Assembly (NCBI GenBank): GCA_963730935.1
Contig: CAVSTP010000004.1
Coordinates: 1,472,001-1,536,000, forward strand
Direction of reading: 5' to 3'
DNA: 64,000 bases
Source of the DNA: an uncultured Nitrospiraceae bacterium
GTDB lineage: Bacteria > Nitrospirota > Nitrospiria > Nitrospirales > Nitrospiraceae
Positions 30,569 to 40,735 of this stretch are shown here, piece after piece (the first letter of the stretch is position 1; every line of letters begins with the position of its first letter). The translations under genes and the position numbers were made by a program. A model generated the notes under the pieces. It was given only the letters and a program-made list of their open reading frames with translations. It made no database searches and had not been told where the DNA came from.

Positions 30569-31654
30569 TCATGGCACCATATGAAGCGCTCTCTTCCGCA
30601 GCGGCGGTCGCGCGGAGGTCTGTTCCGCCAAGCCGCGGGCCGTGTGAATCAGATGGTGATCCGGGGACCAGCGGCAGACTGGATCCACGGCCTCGAGATG
30701 ACCGGTCAGATGGAACGCCTGACACCGGCATCCGCCAAAGTCGATGGCGCGGTAGACACAGCTGCGGCAGGTGCCGTCCATCCACGCCTCCCCTCGAAAC
30801 CGATTGAAGCCTTCAGACTGTTCCCAGATGTCCAGCAACGGTCTCGTCCCGGCGTGCTCGAACGTGAGCCCCGGCAGCGTGTGGGCCAGATGGCAGGGAA
30901 GGACCAACCCATCCGGACTCACGACGAGATGACGCCGGCCCCACCCGTCCATGCAGGCGCGTGGAACGTCTGCATAGTAATCGGGCGTCACAAAAAGAAT
31001 TTCCATCCTGCCTCGGAGTCTTTCTCGTGCCGCGTGGGCGATCAGCCTCGCCTGTTCGAGCTGTTCTTGGGTCGGCAGCAGGGCGTGCCGGTTCATGAGG
31101 GCCCAGCCTAAATACTGGGTGTTCGCGAGTTCAAGCCTGTCGGCGTGCAAGCCTTCGGCCAGGGCAATGATGTCACGGATCTGTTCGATATTCTGGCGAT
31201 GCAACACGATATTCAACGTCAAGGGGATGCGAAGCACATGCGTCCATCGAGCGACCGCCAGCTTCTTTTTGTGGACCACCAGACCGGCGATTCGATCCGC
31301 GAGCCCCTGCTCTGTCGACTGAAGTGACAATTGAACCGCGTCCAGTCCATTGGCGCGAAGTCGCGTGAGCCGGCGGCGGCTGAGCGGGACGCCGCTGGTG
31401 ATGAGATTGGTATACAAGCCGAGGCGGTGCGCGTGTGCGATGAGTAACTCCAGATCGCTTCGCAACAGCGGTTCTCCGCCGGTCAAATTGACCTGCATGA
31501 CCCCTATCGAGTCCGCTTCAGCGAACAGACGGCACCACTGTTCCGTGTCCAACGCTGGCCGGTCGTCATACGAGATGGGGTTTGAGCAATAGGCGCAATG
31601 AAGCGGACAGCGATAGGTCAGCTCCGCAGTCAGCGTGTAGGGGCGTTCGGCCAT
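30569..31654 (-). CDS. pqqE: Radical SAM/SPASM peptide cyclase PqqE
   Basis: AELTYRCPLHCAYCSNP; TGGEP; CMDGWG; DFGGCRCQA. Confidence 0.95.
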   Translation of the reverse strand: MAERPYTLTAELTYRCPLHCAYCSNPISYDDRPALDTEQWCRLFAEADSIGVMQVNLTGGEPLLRSDLELLIAHAHRLGLYTNLITSGVPLSRRRLTRLRANGLDAVQLSLQSTEQGLADRIAGLVVHKKKLAVARWTHVLRIPLTLNIVLHRQNIEQIRDIIALAEGLHADRLELANTQYLGWALMNRHALLPTQEQLEQARLIAHAARERLRGRMEILFVTPDYYADVPRACMDGWGRRHLVVSPDGLVLPCHLAHTLPGLTFEHAGTRPLLDIWEQSEGFNRFRGEAWMDGTCRSCVYRAIDFGGCRCQAFHLTGHLEAVDPVCRWSPDHHLIHTARGLAEQTSARPPLRKRALHMVP

Positions 31655-31660
31655 GAGAGG

Positions 31661-31939
31661 TCATTCCAAGGTCAGGAGGCCGCGGCGGGAGAGGTCACGG
31701 ATCAAGCAGTGCACGTCCTCTTCGATCATATGACGGCGCATGTCGGGGTATTGCCTGGAGAGCGCGTTCACAATGTTTGAAAGGGTCTGATCTCCGCGAC
31801 AGCGTTTAAGGATTTCGCTCGCGGATCGGTTCAACAAGAGACCGCGTTCCGGCCAGAGGAGGAAAAACGCGTCTCGCTGGCGGTCGTAGCGGAGACGGGC
31901 TTTAGGAGTCAGCGTGGGACGGCTCGTATCGTTCATCAT
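31661..31939 (-). CDS. pqqD: PqqD peptide chaperone
   Basis: RLRYDRQR...[21 protein letters not shown]; operon position. Confidence 0.9.
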   Translation of the reverse strand: MMNDTSRPTLTPKARLRYDRQRDAFFLLWPERGLLLNRSASEILKRCRGDQTLSNIVNALSRQYPDMRRHMIEEDVHCLIRDLSRRGLLTLE

Positions 31940-32636
31940 GAACCCGGCTTCCGCAGTGGGGGCACACATAGGCTGCGTACAGACAGTCCAGGATGTGCCA
32001 GAGGATCTCCGTCTTGCGCACTAACGCCGCGACGCAGCGGTCTTGTTCTTCGGCGCTGACGGCCCGGGCGATGACAAAGGCCAGGGCTTCCCGACTGTCG
32101 TAAGACGCCTGTAACAGCCGAGAACGAAAATAGCCGAGACCGGCAGGATCCACCCAGGGATAATGTTGTTCCCAGGCGGTAATGCGCGTCGACAAGAGCG
32201 CCGGCGCAAACAATTCGGTCAGCGAAGCGGCCACCGCTTCGACCAATGTCGCATCTCTCACGAGCGTCACATAGGCATCGCACGCAAAGCGCACGCCGGG
32301 CAACACGAGAGACGGCATATCCGACAGGGTGCTGTCCGATATTCCAACCGCGTGTGCGAGCCGCCGCCAGAGGGTCAAGCCGCCTATTACCCATTCATCG
32401 CCATCCTGATCATGGAGTCTTTGTGCCCACACACGACGGAACTCGGGGTCCTCTGACTTCGCGAGGATCAGGGCATCTTTGATGGGAATACGGGTTTGAT
32501 AGTAATAGCGGTTCAACACCCATTGCTGGAGTTGGTGGGGTGTCAGTTTCCCCTCATGCATCAGCACATGGAACGGATGCTCGTGGTGATAGCGTTGCAA
32601 TCCTTGATGCCGTAAGCGTTCTTCAAACGCGGTCAT
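31902..32636 (-). CDS. pqqC: Pyrroloquinoline-quinone synthase PqqC (3' end uncertain)
   Basis: [42 protein letters not shown]. Confidence 0.93.
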   Translation of the reverse strand: MTAFEERLRHQGLQRYHHEHPFHVLMHEGKLTPHQLQQWVLNRYYYQTRIPIKDALILAKSEDPEFRRVWAQRLHDQDGDEWVIGGLTLWRRLAHAVGISDSTLSDMPSLVLPGVRFACDAYVTLVRDATLVEAVAASLTELFAPALLSTRITAWEQHYPWVDPAGLGYFRSRLLQASYDSREALAFVIARAVSAEEQDRCVAALVRKTEILWHILDCLYAAYVCPHCGSRVHDERYEPSHADS

Positions 32637-33550
32637 AACACGAGCTCCATTCCATCGTACGCGACCTCCACCCCCGCTTGTTCTGTTTGGCACCGCTCAG
32701 GTGAATCGTCCCGTAAAATAGGATTCGTATTGTTGATGTGGATCACAATCCGACGTGAGCGGGACTTCTCGAGCACTGACAGGCTGCCGTTGGACCCGGC
32801 TAATGGCCAATGGGCCATATCACGCGCCTTCTTTTTGCCTATGCCGAGAGCGACCAATTCGTCGTCCGACCAAAACGTGCCATCGAACAAGAGACAATCG
32901 GCGGTCTCCATGATTCGTTCAACTTCTGGATTGCTCGCACCGACGCAGGGGGCATAGCCGAGGCATGGTCCACCCGTCGTCTCGCTCATGAGCAGCGCGA
33001 TATTGTCTCCAAGCTGTGGCCCAACCTGGTCTTCCAAATAGAGCGGGACTTTTCCAGGAACGGGGATCGGGGTGACGACCAGTTGGCTTGATCGGTGGTC
33101 AGCGGTGAGCAGCGTGTGGTTTCCGTACAGTTTTAATTCATGCCAAGTCACCTGTCCCGAAGTCTGGTTCAGCGCACGATAGAAGCGGTTCTCAGCTGTG
33201 ACGGCTTGGCGTACTGGCTCAGTCGCATAGATCTGCAAGGGCTGGGATTCCCGAAGAGACAGTAGGCCAAGGCACTGGTCCAGATCGCCATTGGTCAAAA
33301 TGATGCCGGCGATGGGAGAGTCGCGCAGGGCCCGAGGATGCAAAGGAGGGAAGCCCGCCAATTGTGCGCTGATCTCCGGCGTGGCATGAATCAGAAACCA
33401 GTTGCCGTCGCTATCGCACAACGCAATGCACGCCTGTCTTCGCGGAGCGACGGCGATGGTGCCCGCGCGCAGGCCGGCGCAGTTCGGGCAGCCGCAGTTC
33501 CATTGCGGAAATCCACCGCCGGCTGCCGAGCCCAAGACATGAATTCGCAC
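32633..33550 (-). CDS. pqqB: PqqB (MBL-fold hydroxylase)
   Basis: [41 protein letters not shown]. Confidence 0.95.
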   Translation of the reverse strand: MRIHVLGSAAGGGFPQWNCGCPNCAGLRAGTIAVAPRRQACIALCDSDGNWFLIHATPEISAQLAGFPPLHPRALRDSPIAGIILTNGDLDQCLGLLSLRESQPLQIYATEPVRQAVTAENRFYRALNQTSGQVTWHELKLYGNHTLLTADHRSSQLVVTPIPVPGKVPLYLEDQVGPQLGDNIALLMSETTGGPCLGYAPCVGASNPEVERIMETADCLLFDGTFWSDDELVALGIGKKKARDMAHWPLAGSNGSLSVLEKSRSRRIVIHINNTNPILRDDSPERCQTEQAGVEVAYDGMELVL

Positions 33551-33556
33551 GCTGAG

Positions 33557-33706
33557 TCATGCCTCATTCGGAAGGGATAGAGGATCATCACCCGGCCGGA
33601 TGGCGTCTTCAGGCCTCGGAGCTCGCTCCTCGAAGTCGTCCTGATAGCCTCCGATTTCGGCGCTCATGTTGATCTCGGTATAGGCGGGTGTAGTCCAGGG
33701 AACCAT
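33557..33706 (-). CDS. pqqA: PQQ precursor peptide PqqA with C-terminal extension (49 aa)
   Basis: GAGGAAGG RBS; MVPWTTPAYTEINMSAEIGGY has WxxP and ExxxY; immediately upstream of pqqB. Confidence 0.85.
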   Translation of the reverse strand: MVPWTTPAYTEINMSAEIGGYQDDFEERAPRPEDAIRPGDDPLSLPNEA

Positions 33707-33799
33707 AAAAACCTTCCTCGCTATCTCAGTGGGGTCGTACTGGGAGGTATCGTACGGCCACGTGATACCTAATGAAACCCAGCGAATCCCTAGGTGGGT

Positions 33800-34600
33800 T
33801 TCGGCTGGATAGGCCTTCCTGCTCACGCGAGGGGTAAAACCACAGTGCGGCGTCACTACTTGGCTCCGCAACTTGGTCCGTTCCAGACTGCGTCTGAACG
33901 AACCTTCGCACAGTGCGTCTCGCCATCGCCAAAAGGCGATCGCAGTGACAGCGCGCTGCCCCCCTCGCAAGTCGCAGGCAAGGCACTATCCACCTCGTGG
34001 GCAGAGGAAACAAGCGAGCTTGGAAGGGTCGCCGCGGGTCCTGTCGTCGATCCCAGCTCGTGCTCGCACCCCGCCCGGTGTAGGGATGCGCGAGCAAGCG
34101 ATCGCCGCCACCCGCAACGAGCAGTGAAGGGGTCAAAGGGCATGGTATCTAACTGCGGGCACCTCGTGACAAGCCGCGTCCCGGGTGAACGATTGCAAAG
34201 CAATCGGTGGGTTGGTGGGTGAAAACAACGAGGCTGGGTGGGCGGGTGAGAAACGGCCGCCCAGACCGACGCCACCCGAGATCGCGATAGCGCCCACAAC
34301 TCACCGCCGGTCGCGTGAAGACTCGACCGTGCACCTTTATGGGAAAGGGGCACGAGCCGCTTGGGAACAGGGTGAGTGCCGGGTAAACGATTGCAAAGCA
34401 ATCGGTGGGTCGGTGAGTGAAAAAGGACTGCCCAGGATTGGGCCGGTGAGACTGGCGCGCAGTAGGAGATCAATCCAGTCCGCCCCACAGGGAGAACGAG
34501 CGAGCTTGGAAGGAGTATTGTCATCGCCGAGAAAGAAAGGGGACAGGCTACATTTCCCGTCGGCTTCGTCGCCCAGAGAGAGTAGCCTGTCCGTTTTCTC
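33800..34600. repeat. Largest composite mosaic repeat locus plus a GGGGACAGGCTAC inverted pair
   Basis: All module types present; CGATTGCAAAGCAATCG module twice (34175-34225, 34379-34423). Confidence 0.9.
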
Positions 34601-34616
34601 GAGCTCGCTCTTGCTC

Positions 34617-34937
34617 TTACGGTGCTGTCATCGTAAAGGGCTCTGTTCTCTCCGACGGCCTTGTCGCAACGGGCGGCGGTATCACGATTGGACCCGTTCC
34701 CTTCACTTCTGCTCCATATTCATCTTCTGAAAGTTCACTCACCTCCGCAGAGTGTAAAATGACGGTGCTTCTCGTCCTGTCATCCTTAAACTTGACCCCT
34801 CCGCTCCTCTCGTCGATGTCTGTGGTGTAGTAGGTCTTGCCGGAGCCGGGATCCGTCACACGATAGTAATGGGAACACCCGACCACCATCAGGCTCAACA
34901 CGCATATTAGTAGGACTCTGCTCATATGTGTGTTCAT
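34617..34937 (-). CDS. Small lipoprotein (YgdR/DUF903-like)
   Basis: GAGGA RBS; LMVVGCSHYYRVTDPGSGKTYYT. Confidence 0.75.
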   Translation of the reverse strand: MNTHMSRVLLICVLSLMVVGCSHYYRVTDPGSGKTYYTTDIDERSGGVKFKDDRTRSTVILHSAEVSELSEDEYGAEVKGTGPIVIPPPVATRPSERTEPFTMTAP

Positions 34938-34989
34938 ACATCCGTCCTCTCTTAACGATAGCTCGCCATCGCCCTCTTCTCCTTCTACT

Positions 34990-35940
34990 TTATGAGAGGG
35001 GGATGCGGCTTTTGTTGCTGGCCAACCACGTCTCAAAAGTTTGAAGCGACGGGTTGAGGCCGCGGGCAATGGCAGGATTGCGCGGGCCGCAGAAGACCTC
35101 CTGGAAGTCGCGCTTGAACTGGAACATGTTGCCCAGATCTTCCGCGCCCGGAAATCCGAACTTCCGATAGGCCTCCGGAGACACATCGTTGTACCGCACC
35201 TCTTGCCCCAGGGCCTTCGTCAGCGCGGCAGCCATCTGTCCCCCCGTCAGATGCTCGCCGGCGATCCCGACCGTCTTCCCGATGAACTCTTTGCCCTTCT
35301 TGAAAATCGCGAGGGCGGACTTGCCGATATCGTCGACGGCGATTCCGGGGAGCTTCTTATCCCCCATGGGATAGGTCAGTGCGAGCTTGCCGTCTGGCCC
35401 TTTCTTGGGCCCCAGGCCGAAGAAAATCAGGTTCTCCCAGTAGAATGAGGTCAGCAGCAACGTCGTCGGCACGCCGAGCTCGGTAAACAGGTGATCCGCC
35501 TCTCCCTTGGCGTCGAAGTGCGCCACCTTGTACTTGCCCATCAGCGTCGGCATCCGGTTATCGCTGAGAGGCACCCACCGCCTGGTGTCCTCGAGCGTGG
35601 ACCAGATGACATGCTGGAGATTGGTCTGCTTCGCCGCCTGCGCCATGTTTTTCGCCTGGGCCAGTTCCTTCTCCGGCGAGAAGTGTTCCCAGAAGTTGGT
35701 GAGCAAAAACGCGCCATACGCACCGGCGAATGCCCGCTTTAGCGATTCGACGTCATCCAGATCGGCCGCGACCACCTCGGCGCCGAGCTTCTTGAGCTCC
35801 TTGCCCTTGTCAGAATCCACCTTGCGCGTCAGCGCGCGCACCGCGAAACCGCTGCTTGGATCGTTCAGGATGGCACGCACCAACCCGCCGCCCTGCGCTC
35901 CGGTGGCACCAACGACGGCAATGATCTTTTTCTCACTCAT
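34990..35940 (-). CDS. NmrA/HSCARG family protein
   Basis: VVGATGAQGGGLVRA, TNFWEH, HFDAKGEA. Confidence 0.93.
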   Translation of the reverse strand: MSEKKIIAVVGATGAQGGGLVRAILNDPSSGFAVRALTRKVDSDKGKELKKLGAEVVAADLDDVESLKRAFAGAYGAFLLTNFWEHFSPEKELAQAKNMAQAAKQTNLQHVIWSTLEDTRRWVPLSDNRMPTLMGKYKVAHFDAKGEADHLFTELGVPTTLLLTSFYWENLIFFGLGPKKGPDGKLALTYPMGDKKLPGIAVDDIGKSALAIFKKGKEFIGKTVGIAGEHLTGGQMAAALTKALGQEVRYNDVSPEAYRKFGFPGAEDLGNMFQFKRDFQEVFCGPRNPAIARGLNPSLQTFETWLASNKSRIPLS

Positions 35941-36024
35941 GGCTGCTCCCTCCCCTCTTTCAGATTTGAACCCTCAAATCGCAAACTGCAAATTCAATAA
36001 AGCTCCTTCCAAGCTTGCTCGTAC

Positions 36025-36324
36025 TCAACGGTGAGCCAAGGGCGGCAGGCCGATGTGTGCATGGTCATGGGCTGCCTGCTGTCTGCTCGTGGACTCAGAC
36101 CATATGGCCTTTCTCCTCACGAAGTACCATATCGAGGAGAAAATGAGGCCGACATTTCCCACCACAAAGGCCCAAGATCCCACATACAGTGCCAAAATCA
36201 CGAAAGCGGCATCGAAGGATCCTAGCGTCTCCACGACCAGGATATTCAGCCCCCCACCCATGACCACCAGAGCAGTGGCTATTTCCATGGTTCGTAAGAT
36301 GTTCTTTTGTGTTTGAGTGTTCAT
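36025..36324 (-). CDS. Hypothetical membrane protein
   Basis: Two TM segments; AAAGGGGG RBS. Confidence 0.65.
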   Translation of the reverse strand: MNTQTQKNILRTMEIATALVVMGGGLNILVVETLGSFDAAFVILALYVGSWAFVVGNVGLIFSSIWYFVRRKAIWSESTSRQQAAHDHAHIGLPPLAHR

Positions 36325-36658
36325 GGGGGCCCCCTTTCTACCGGCGATCGGCCTTGAAACTCGTTGGCGTCCCGCCAACCTCTTCACCGTATAGAGAGCC
36401 ATCTGAGCATATCGCGTTCCACAGGAACCATCGGTAGGCCAGAGTCAGCGATGTCGTTGATTCTGGAGGGGGTTCGGCGATTTCGGTCGTTACGGTCGTT
36501 AGAAGTAGCAAAGGAAGAAATTAGCGGTGACGAAGAGAATCTGCCGATCTAACGGCGCGCTGCCGATAGGTCGGCGCCCTACAGAGCGAGGAAGGAAACG
36601 AGTTTCCGTGTCGAGCACTTGAGAGACTTAGGTAGAAGGCGCCGTCCACCTCCTGATA

Positions 36659-36883
36659 CTAGTCCCCCCTCCGCAGTTGCTCTAGGTAGGTAGCCGTCTC
36701 GCAATCCTTCAATCGCAACTCTCGATACGCCTGTAAGTTCGTAATCTGAATCTCAAGGATATGTAGTTGCGATCTCGCCAGCTGCAAGTCAAGGTCGGTA
36801 AGACCTTCACTATCTTTGTGCAACAGATGAAACAACTGCTGGCTGCGATGGAGAAAGTCGGTAAGAGCCTTTCGTGTATTCAT
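36659..36883 (-). CDS. Small helical hypothetical protein
   Basis: Amphipathic helical pattern similar to the C-terminal half of 1908-2177. Confidence 0.45.
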   Translation of the reverse strand: MNTRKALTDFLHRSQQLFHLLHKDSEGLTDLDLQLARSQLHILEIQITNLQAYRELRLKDCETATYLEQLRRGD

Positions 36884-37170
36884 AATGAGCGCTGAAAATA
36901 CTCGTGTTTGTAGCCTCACTGCACTCGGAAAACCCCTAAATAAGTGTTACGTCGAGATTAAGAAAGTGTGGAGGGATGCAGCTGACCACAGCGGCGAACA
37001 AGTCTATGTACAAGGGCGCCAGGAGAAGACAGACTGTCAGAACTGACAGGCGACCTTTGAAGTTCAACTGTGGGATTATCGTTTCTTCTGAATTGATCCG
37101 ACAAACCGATCAACCGCACGAACTCCACGCAGTTCATTCCACGTATCTGGGACGAAACAGAGGTGACAAG

Positions 37171-38256
37171 ATGAAGGCGACGCAATTGCTACACAATCTC
37201 GGTCAGAGTCTCTGGCTCGACAACATTACCCGTGATCTGCTGACCAGCGGCACCTTGAAATCCTACATCGACGACCTGTCGGTGACCGGGCTCACCTCGA
37301 ATCCCACGATCTTCGACCATGCCATTAAAAACAGCGCCGCCTATGACGCGGCAATCAGTGAAAAGCTGAGCAAGGGCAAATCGGGAGAGATACTGTTTTA
37401 CGAGTTGGCAATGGACGACATCACCCGTGCGGCGGATCTCTTCCGACCGATTTACGACCGGACTGACGGCGTGGATGGCTGGGTCTCGCTGGAGGTCTCG
37501 CCGTTGCTGGCGCACGACACCTCGAAGACACTTGAGGCGGCCAAAGACCTCCAGGGACGGGCCGGACGGCCAAACCTGTTTATCAAGATCCCCGGAACGA
37601 AAGAGGGCTTGCCTGCCATCGAGGAGGCGATCTTTGCCGGCATTCCGATCAACGTCACGCTCCTCTTCTCCCGCGAGCAGTATCTGGCGGCGGCAGACGC
37701 CTTTCTGCGCGGCATCGAGCGGCGCATCGAGAAGGGACTCAACCCCAGCGTCCCCTCCGTGGCCTCACTCTTCATCAGTCGGTGGGATGCGGCGGTGGCA
37801 GGAACAGTCCCGGCCCCGCTGCAGAACCATCTCGGAATCGCGATGGCCAAGCGGACCTACAAGGCCTACAGGGAGCTGCTGGGCTCGAGCCGGTGGCAGC
37901 GTTCATTTAACGACGGCGCACGTCCCCAACGCCTGCTCTGGGCCAGTACGGGAACGAAAGATCCCAAGGCGTCGGATGTCCTGTATATCAAGTCCCTGGC
38001 TGCGCCGTTTACGGTGAATACGATGCCGGAGAATACCTTGAAAGCGCTCGCCGACCATGGCCAACTGGACACCATCCTGCCGGCCGACGGAGGCGATGCC
38101 GAATGGATCCTCGCGGAATTCGCAAACCTGGGCATCGACGTCGATGCGCTGGCAACTCGGCTTCAGGATGAAGGGGCGAAGTCGTTCGTGAAATCATGGG
38201 AAGAGCTCATGTCAGTGATCTCGTCCAAGAGCGCCGTGCTCAAAAAGGCCGGCTAG
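37171..38256 (+). CDS. tal: Transaldolase
   Basis: GQSLWLDNI, GLTSNPTIF, NLFIKIPGT, RPQRLLWASTGTK. Confidence 0.96.
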   Translation: MKATQLLHNLGQSLWLDNITRDLLTSGTLKSYIDDLSVTGLTSNPTIFDHAIKNSAAYDAAISEKLSKGKSGEILFYELAMDDITRAADLFRPIYDRTDGVDGWVSLEVSPLLAHDTSKTLEAAKDLQGRAGRPNLFIKIPGTKEGLPAIEEAIFAGIPINVTLLFSREQYLAAADAFLRGIERRIEKGLNPSVPSVASLFISRWDAAVAGTVPAPLQNHLGIAMAKRTYKAYRELLGSSRWQRSFNDGARPQRLLWASTGTKDPKASDVLYIKSLAAPFTVNTMPENTLKALADHGQLDTILPADGGDAEWILAEFANLGIDVDALATRLQDEGAKSFVKSWEELMSVISSKSAVLKKAG

Positions 38257-38292
38257 ACAGTCCGGTAGACGCGTGACAACAAAGGAGAGCTT

Positions 38293-39309
38293 ATGCAAAT
38301 CGGCATGATCGGGCTTGGAAGGATGGGCGCAAACATGGTGCGGCGGCTGCTGAAGGGCGGTCAACAGTGCATGGTCTTTGACCGATCGTCCAAGGCCGTG
38401 GAGGAATTGGTTCAAGAGAAAGCCATCGGGGCCAGTTCGCTAGCGGACTTAGTAAAGAAGTTGGACAAACCGCGGGCGGTCTGGCTGATGGTCCCGGCAG
38501 CCGTCGTGGACCAGACGATCGCCGACCTCCTGCCCCATCTTGAAGCGGAAGACATCCTCATCGACGGTGGAAACTCCTATTACGTGGACGATATCCGGCG
38601 CGCGAAGGAACTCGCCGCGAAGCGCATCGCCTACGTGGACGTCGGGACAAGCGGTGGTGTGTGGGGGTTGGAACGTGGTTACTGCATGATGATCGGCGGT
38701 CCGACGCCAGTGGTGCAGCGGCTCGATCGGATCTTCTCGACGCTGGCACCCGGCGCGGGTGACGTGCCGCGCACGCCCGGTCGGGAGAAATTGGGCGGCA
38801 CCGCCGAACAAGGCTATCTGCACTGCGGGCCGGCCGGCGCGGGCCATTTTGTGAAGATGGTCCACAATGGGATTGAGTACGGTCTGATGGCGGCCTACGC
38901 CGAGGGGCTGGGCATCTTGCGCAACGCCAACATCGGCAAACAACAACATACGATCGATGCGGAGACCACGCCGCTGCGCAACCCGGAACATTATCAGTAT
39001 GATTTCAATCTGCGCGATATTGCCGAGGTCTGGCGCCGCGGCAGCGTGATTGCCTCGTGGCTGCTGGATTTGACAGCCACCGGACTCGTGAAAGATTCCG
39101 ATCTTTCCCAATTTTCCGGCCGTGTCTCCGACTCCGGCGAAGGCCGATGGACCGTCAAGGCGGCGATCGACGAGGCCGTGCCGATCCCCGTCCTCTCTGC
39201 CGCGTTGTATCAGCGGTTCGCTTCCCGTGGCGAAGCCGAGTACGAGGATCGGGTCCTGTCAGCCATGCGCTACGGGTTCGGCGGGCATGTGGAAGTGAAG
39301 GGGAAATGA
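38293..39309 (+). CDS. gnd: 6-phosphogluconate dehydrogenase (decarboxylating, short type)
   Basis: [33 protein letters not shown]. Confidence 0.96.
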   Translation: MQIGMIGLGRMGANMVRRLLKGGQQCMVFDRSSKAVEELVQEKAIGASSLADLVKKLDKPRAVWLMVPAAVVDQTIADLLPHLEAEDILIDGGNSYYVDDIRRAKELAAKRIAYVDVGTSGGVWGLERGYCMMIGGPTPVVQRLDRIFSTLAPGAGDVPRTPGREKLGGTAEQGYLHCGPAGAGHFVKMVHNGIEYGLMAAYAEGLGILRNANIGKQQHTIDAETTPLRNPEHYQYDFNLRDIAEVWRRGSVIASWLLDLTATGLVKDSDLSQFSGRVSDSGEGRWTVKAAIDEAVPIPVLSAALYQRFASRGEAEYEDRVLSAMRYGFGGHVEVKGK

Positions 39310-39321
39310 CATGCGGGAAGG

Positions 39322-40707
39322 ATGTTGATGATGGACGATTCACACTCCGATGCGCTCGTCTTCTTCGGGGCCACGGGCGATCTGGCCTATAGGAAAATCT
39401 TTCCGTCCCTGCAGAGCCTGGTGAAACGGGGTCGCCTCGACGTGCCGGTCATCGGCGTCGCCAAAGCCGGCTGGACCCTGGAGCAGCTCCGCGCGCGGGC
39501 CCGCGAGAGTATCGAGAAGCACGGAGGCATCGATGCGGCGGCGTTCGAGAAGCTCAATAGATTGCTGCGGTATGTGGATGGCGACTACCGGGACCCCGCT
39601 ACCTTTGAGGCAATCCGCAAAGCGCTCAACGGGGCATCGCGGCCGACTCATTACTTGGCCATCCCGCCTGTGCTGTTCGAAACGGTCATCGACCAATTGG
39701 CGAAGGCGGGCGAGGCGCATGACGCGCGCGTGGTCGTCGAAAAGCCGTTCGGGACCGATCTTGACTCCGCCAAGGAGCTCAACGGCATTCTCTTGAAGAG
39801 CTTCGATGAAACCGCCATCTACCGCATCGATCATTACCTGGGCAAGCGCCCGGTGCACAACTTGCTCTTCTTCCGGTTCTCCAACACCTTCCTGGAGTCG
39901 TTTTGGAACCGCCACCTGGTGGAGAGCGTGCAGATCACCATGGCCGAGGACTTTGGGATCCAGGGCCGAGGCGCGTTCTATGACGGCACCGGCACGCTCC
40001 GCGACGTGGTCCAGAATCATCTCTTCCAGGTGCTGGCCTACCTGACCATGGAGCCTCCGGTCAAAACAGACAGCGAGTCGATCAGGGATGAAAAGGTCAA
40101 GATCCTCCGCGCGATTCCTCCCCTCGAGCCCGCGAACATCGTCCGCGGACAGTTTCGGGGTTATCGGCAGGAGAACGGCGTGGCCTCAGACTCGCAAATG
40201 GAAACGTTCGTCGCCCTACGCCTGCACATCAATTCGTGGCGCTGGCAAGGCGTCCCCTTCTACATCCGCGCCGGAAAAAATCTGCCGGTGACCTGCACGG
40301 AAATCATCGTCCGCTTGCGGCGGCCTCCGTCGGTGTTTGCGACATCCTCTTCTGCGCCGAATTATTTCCGTTTCAGGATCAGCCCGGAGGTGACCATCGC
40401 GTTCGGTACGACGGTCATGGACCGTGAGGAGAAGATGCTCGGACAAATGGTGGAAATGGTGGCGAGCCACTGGCCCGGCACTGAGGACACGGACGCGTAT
40501 GCCCGGGTCCTTGGAGACGCGATGGCCGGCGATGCCACGCTGTTTGCCCGGGAGGACTATGTGGAGGAAGCGTGGCGTATCGTCGATCCCGTCCTGAAGG
40601 CACAGACTCCAGTATACGAATACAATCCGAACACGTGGGGACCGAATGAGGTCAATCTGTTGGTGTCGCCGGCCGGAGGCTGGCAGGACCCTGTCATGAC
40701 CAGCTGA
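39322..40707 (+). CDS. zwf: Glucose-6-phosphate dehydrogenase
   Basis: FFGATGDLA, VEKPFG, YRIDHYLGK, RWQGVPFYIRAGK. Confidence 0.96.
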   Translation: MLMMDDSHSDALVFFGATGDLAYRKIFPSLQSLVKRGRLDVPVIGVAKAGWTLEQLRARARESIEKHGGIDAAAFEKLNRLLRYVDGDYRDPATFEAIRKALNGASRPTHYLAIPPVLFETVIDQLAKAGEAHDARVVVEKPFGTDLDSAKELNGILLKSFDETAIYRIDHYLGKRPVHNLLFFRFSNTFLESFWNRHLVESVQITMAEDFGIQGRGAFYDGTGTLRDVVQNHLFQVLAYLTMEPPVKTDSESIRDEKVKILRAIPPLEPANIVRGQFRGYRQENGVASDSQMETFVALRLHINSWRWQGVPFYIRAGKNLPVTCTEIIVRLRRPPSVFATSSSAPNYFRFRISPEVTIAFGTTVMDREEKMLGQMVEMVASHWPGTEDTDAYARVLGDAMAGDATLFAREDYVEEAWRIVDPVLKAQTPVYEYNPNTWGPNEVNLLVSPAGGWQDPVMTS

Positions 40708-40735
40708 TGTTGATCGAAGGTGGTCGTTCCTTCGT

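Noticed and set aside
33726..34730. ORFs over repeat loci (also 6461-6904, 10162-10401, 23685-24338, 56176-56562)
   Set aside because: Translations of the non-coding mosaic repeats; shared peptides appear in different frames and strands.
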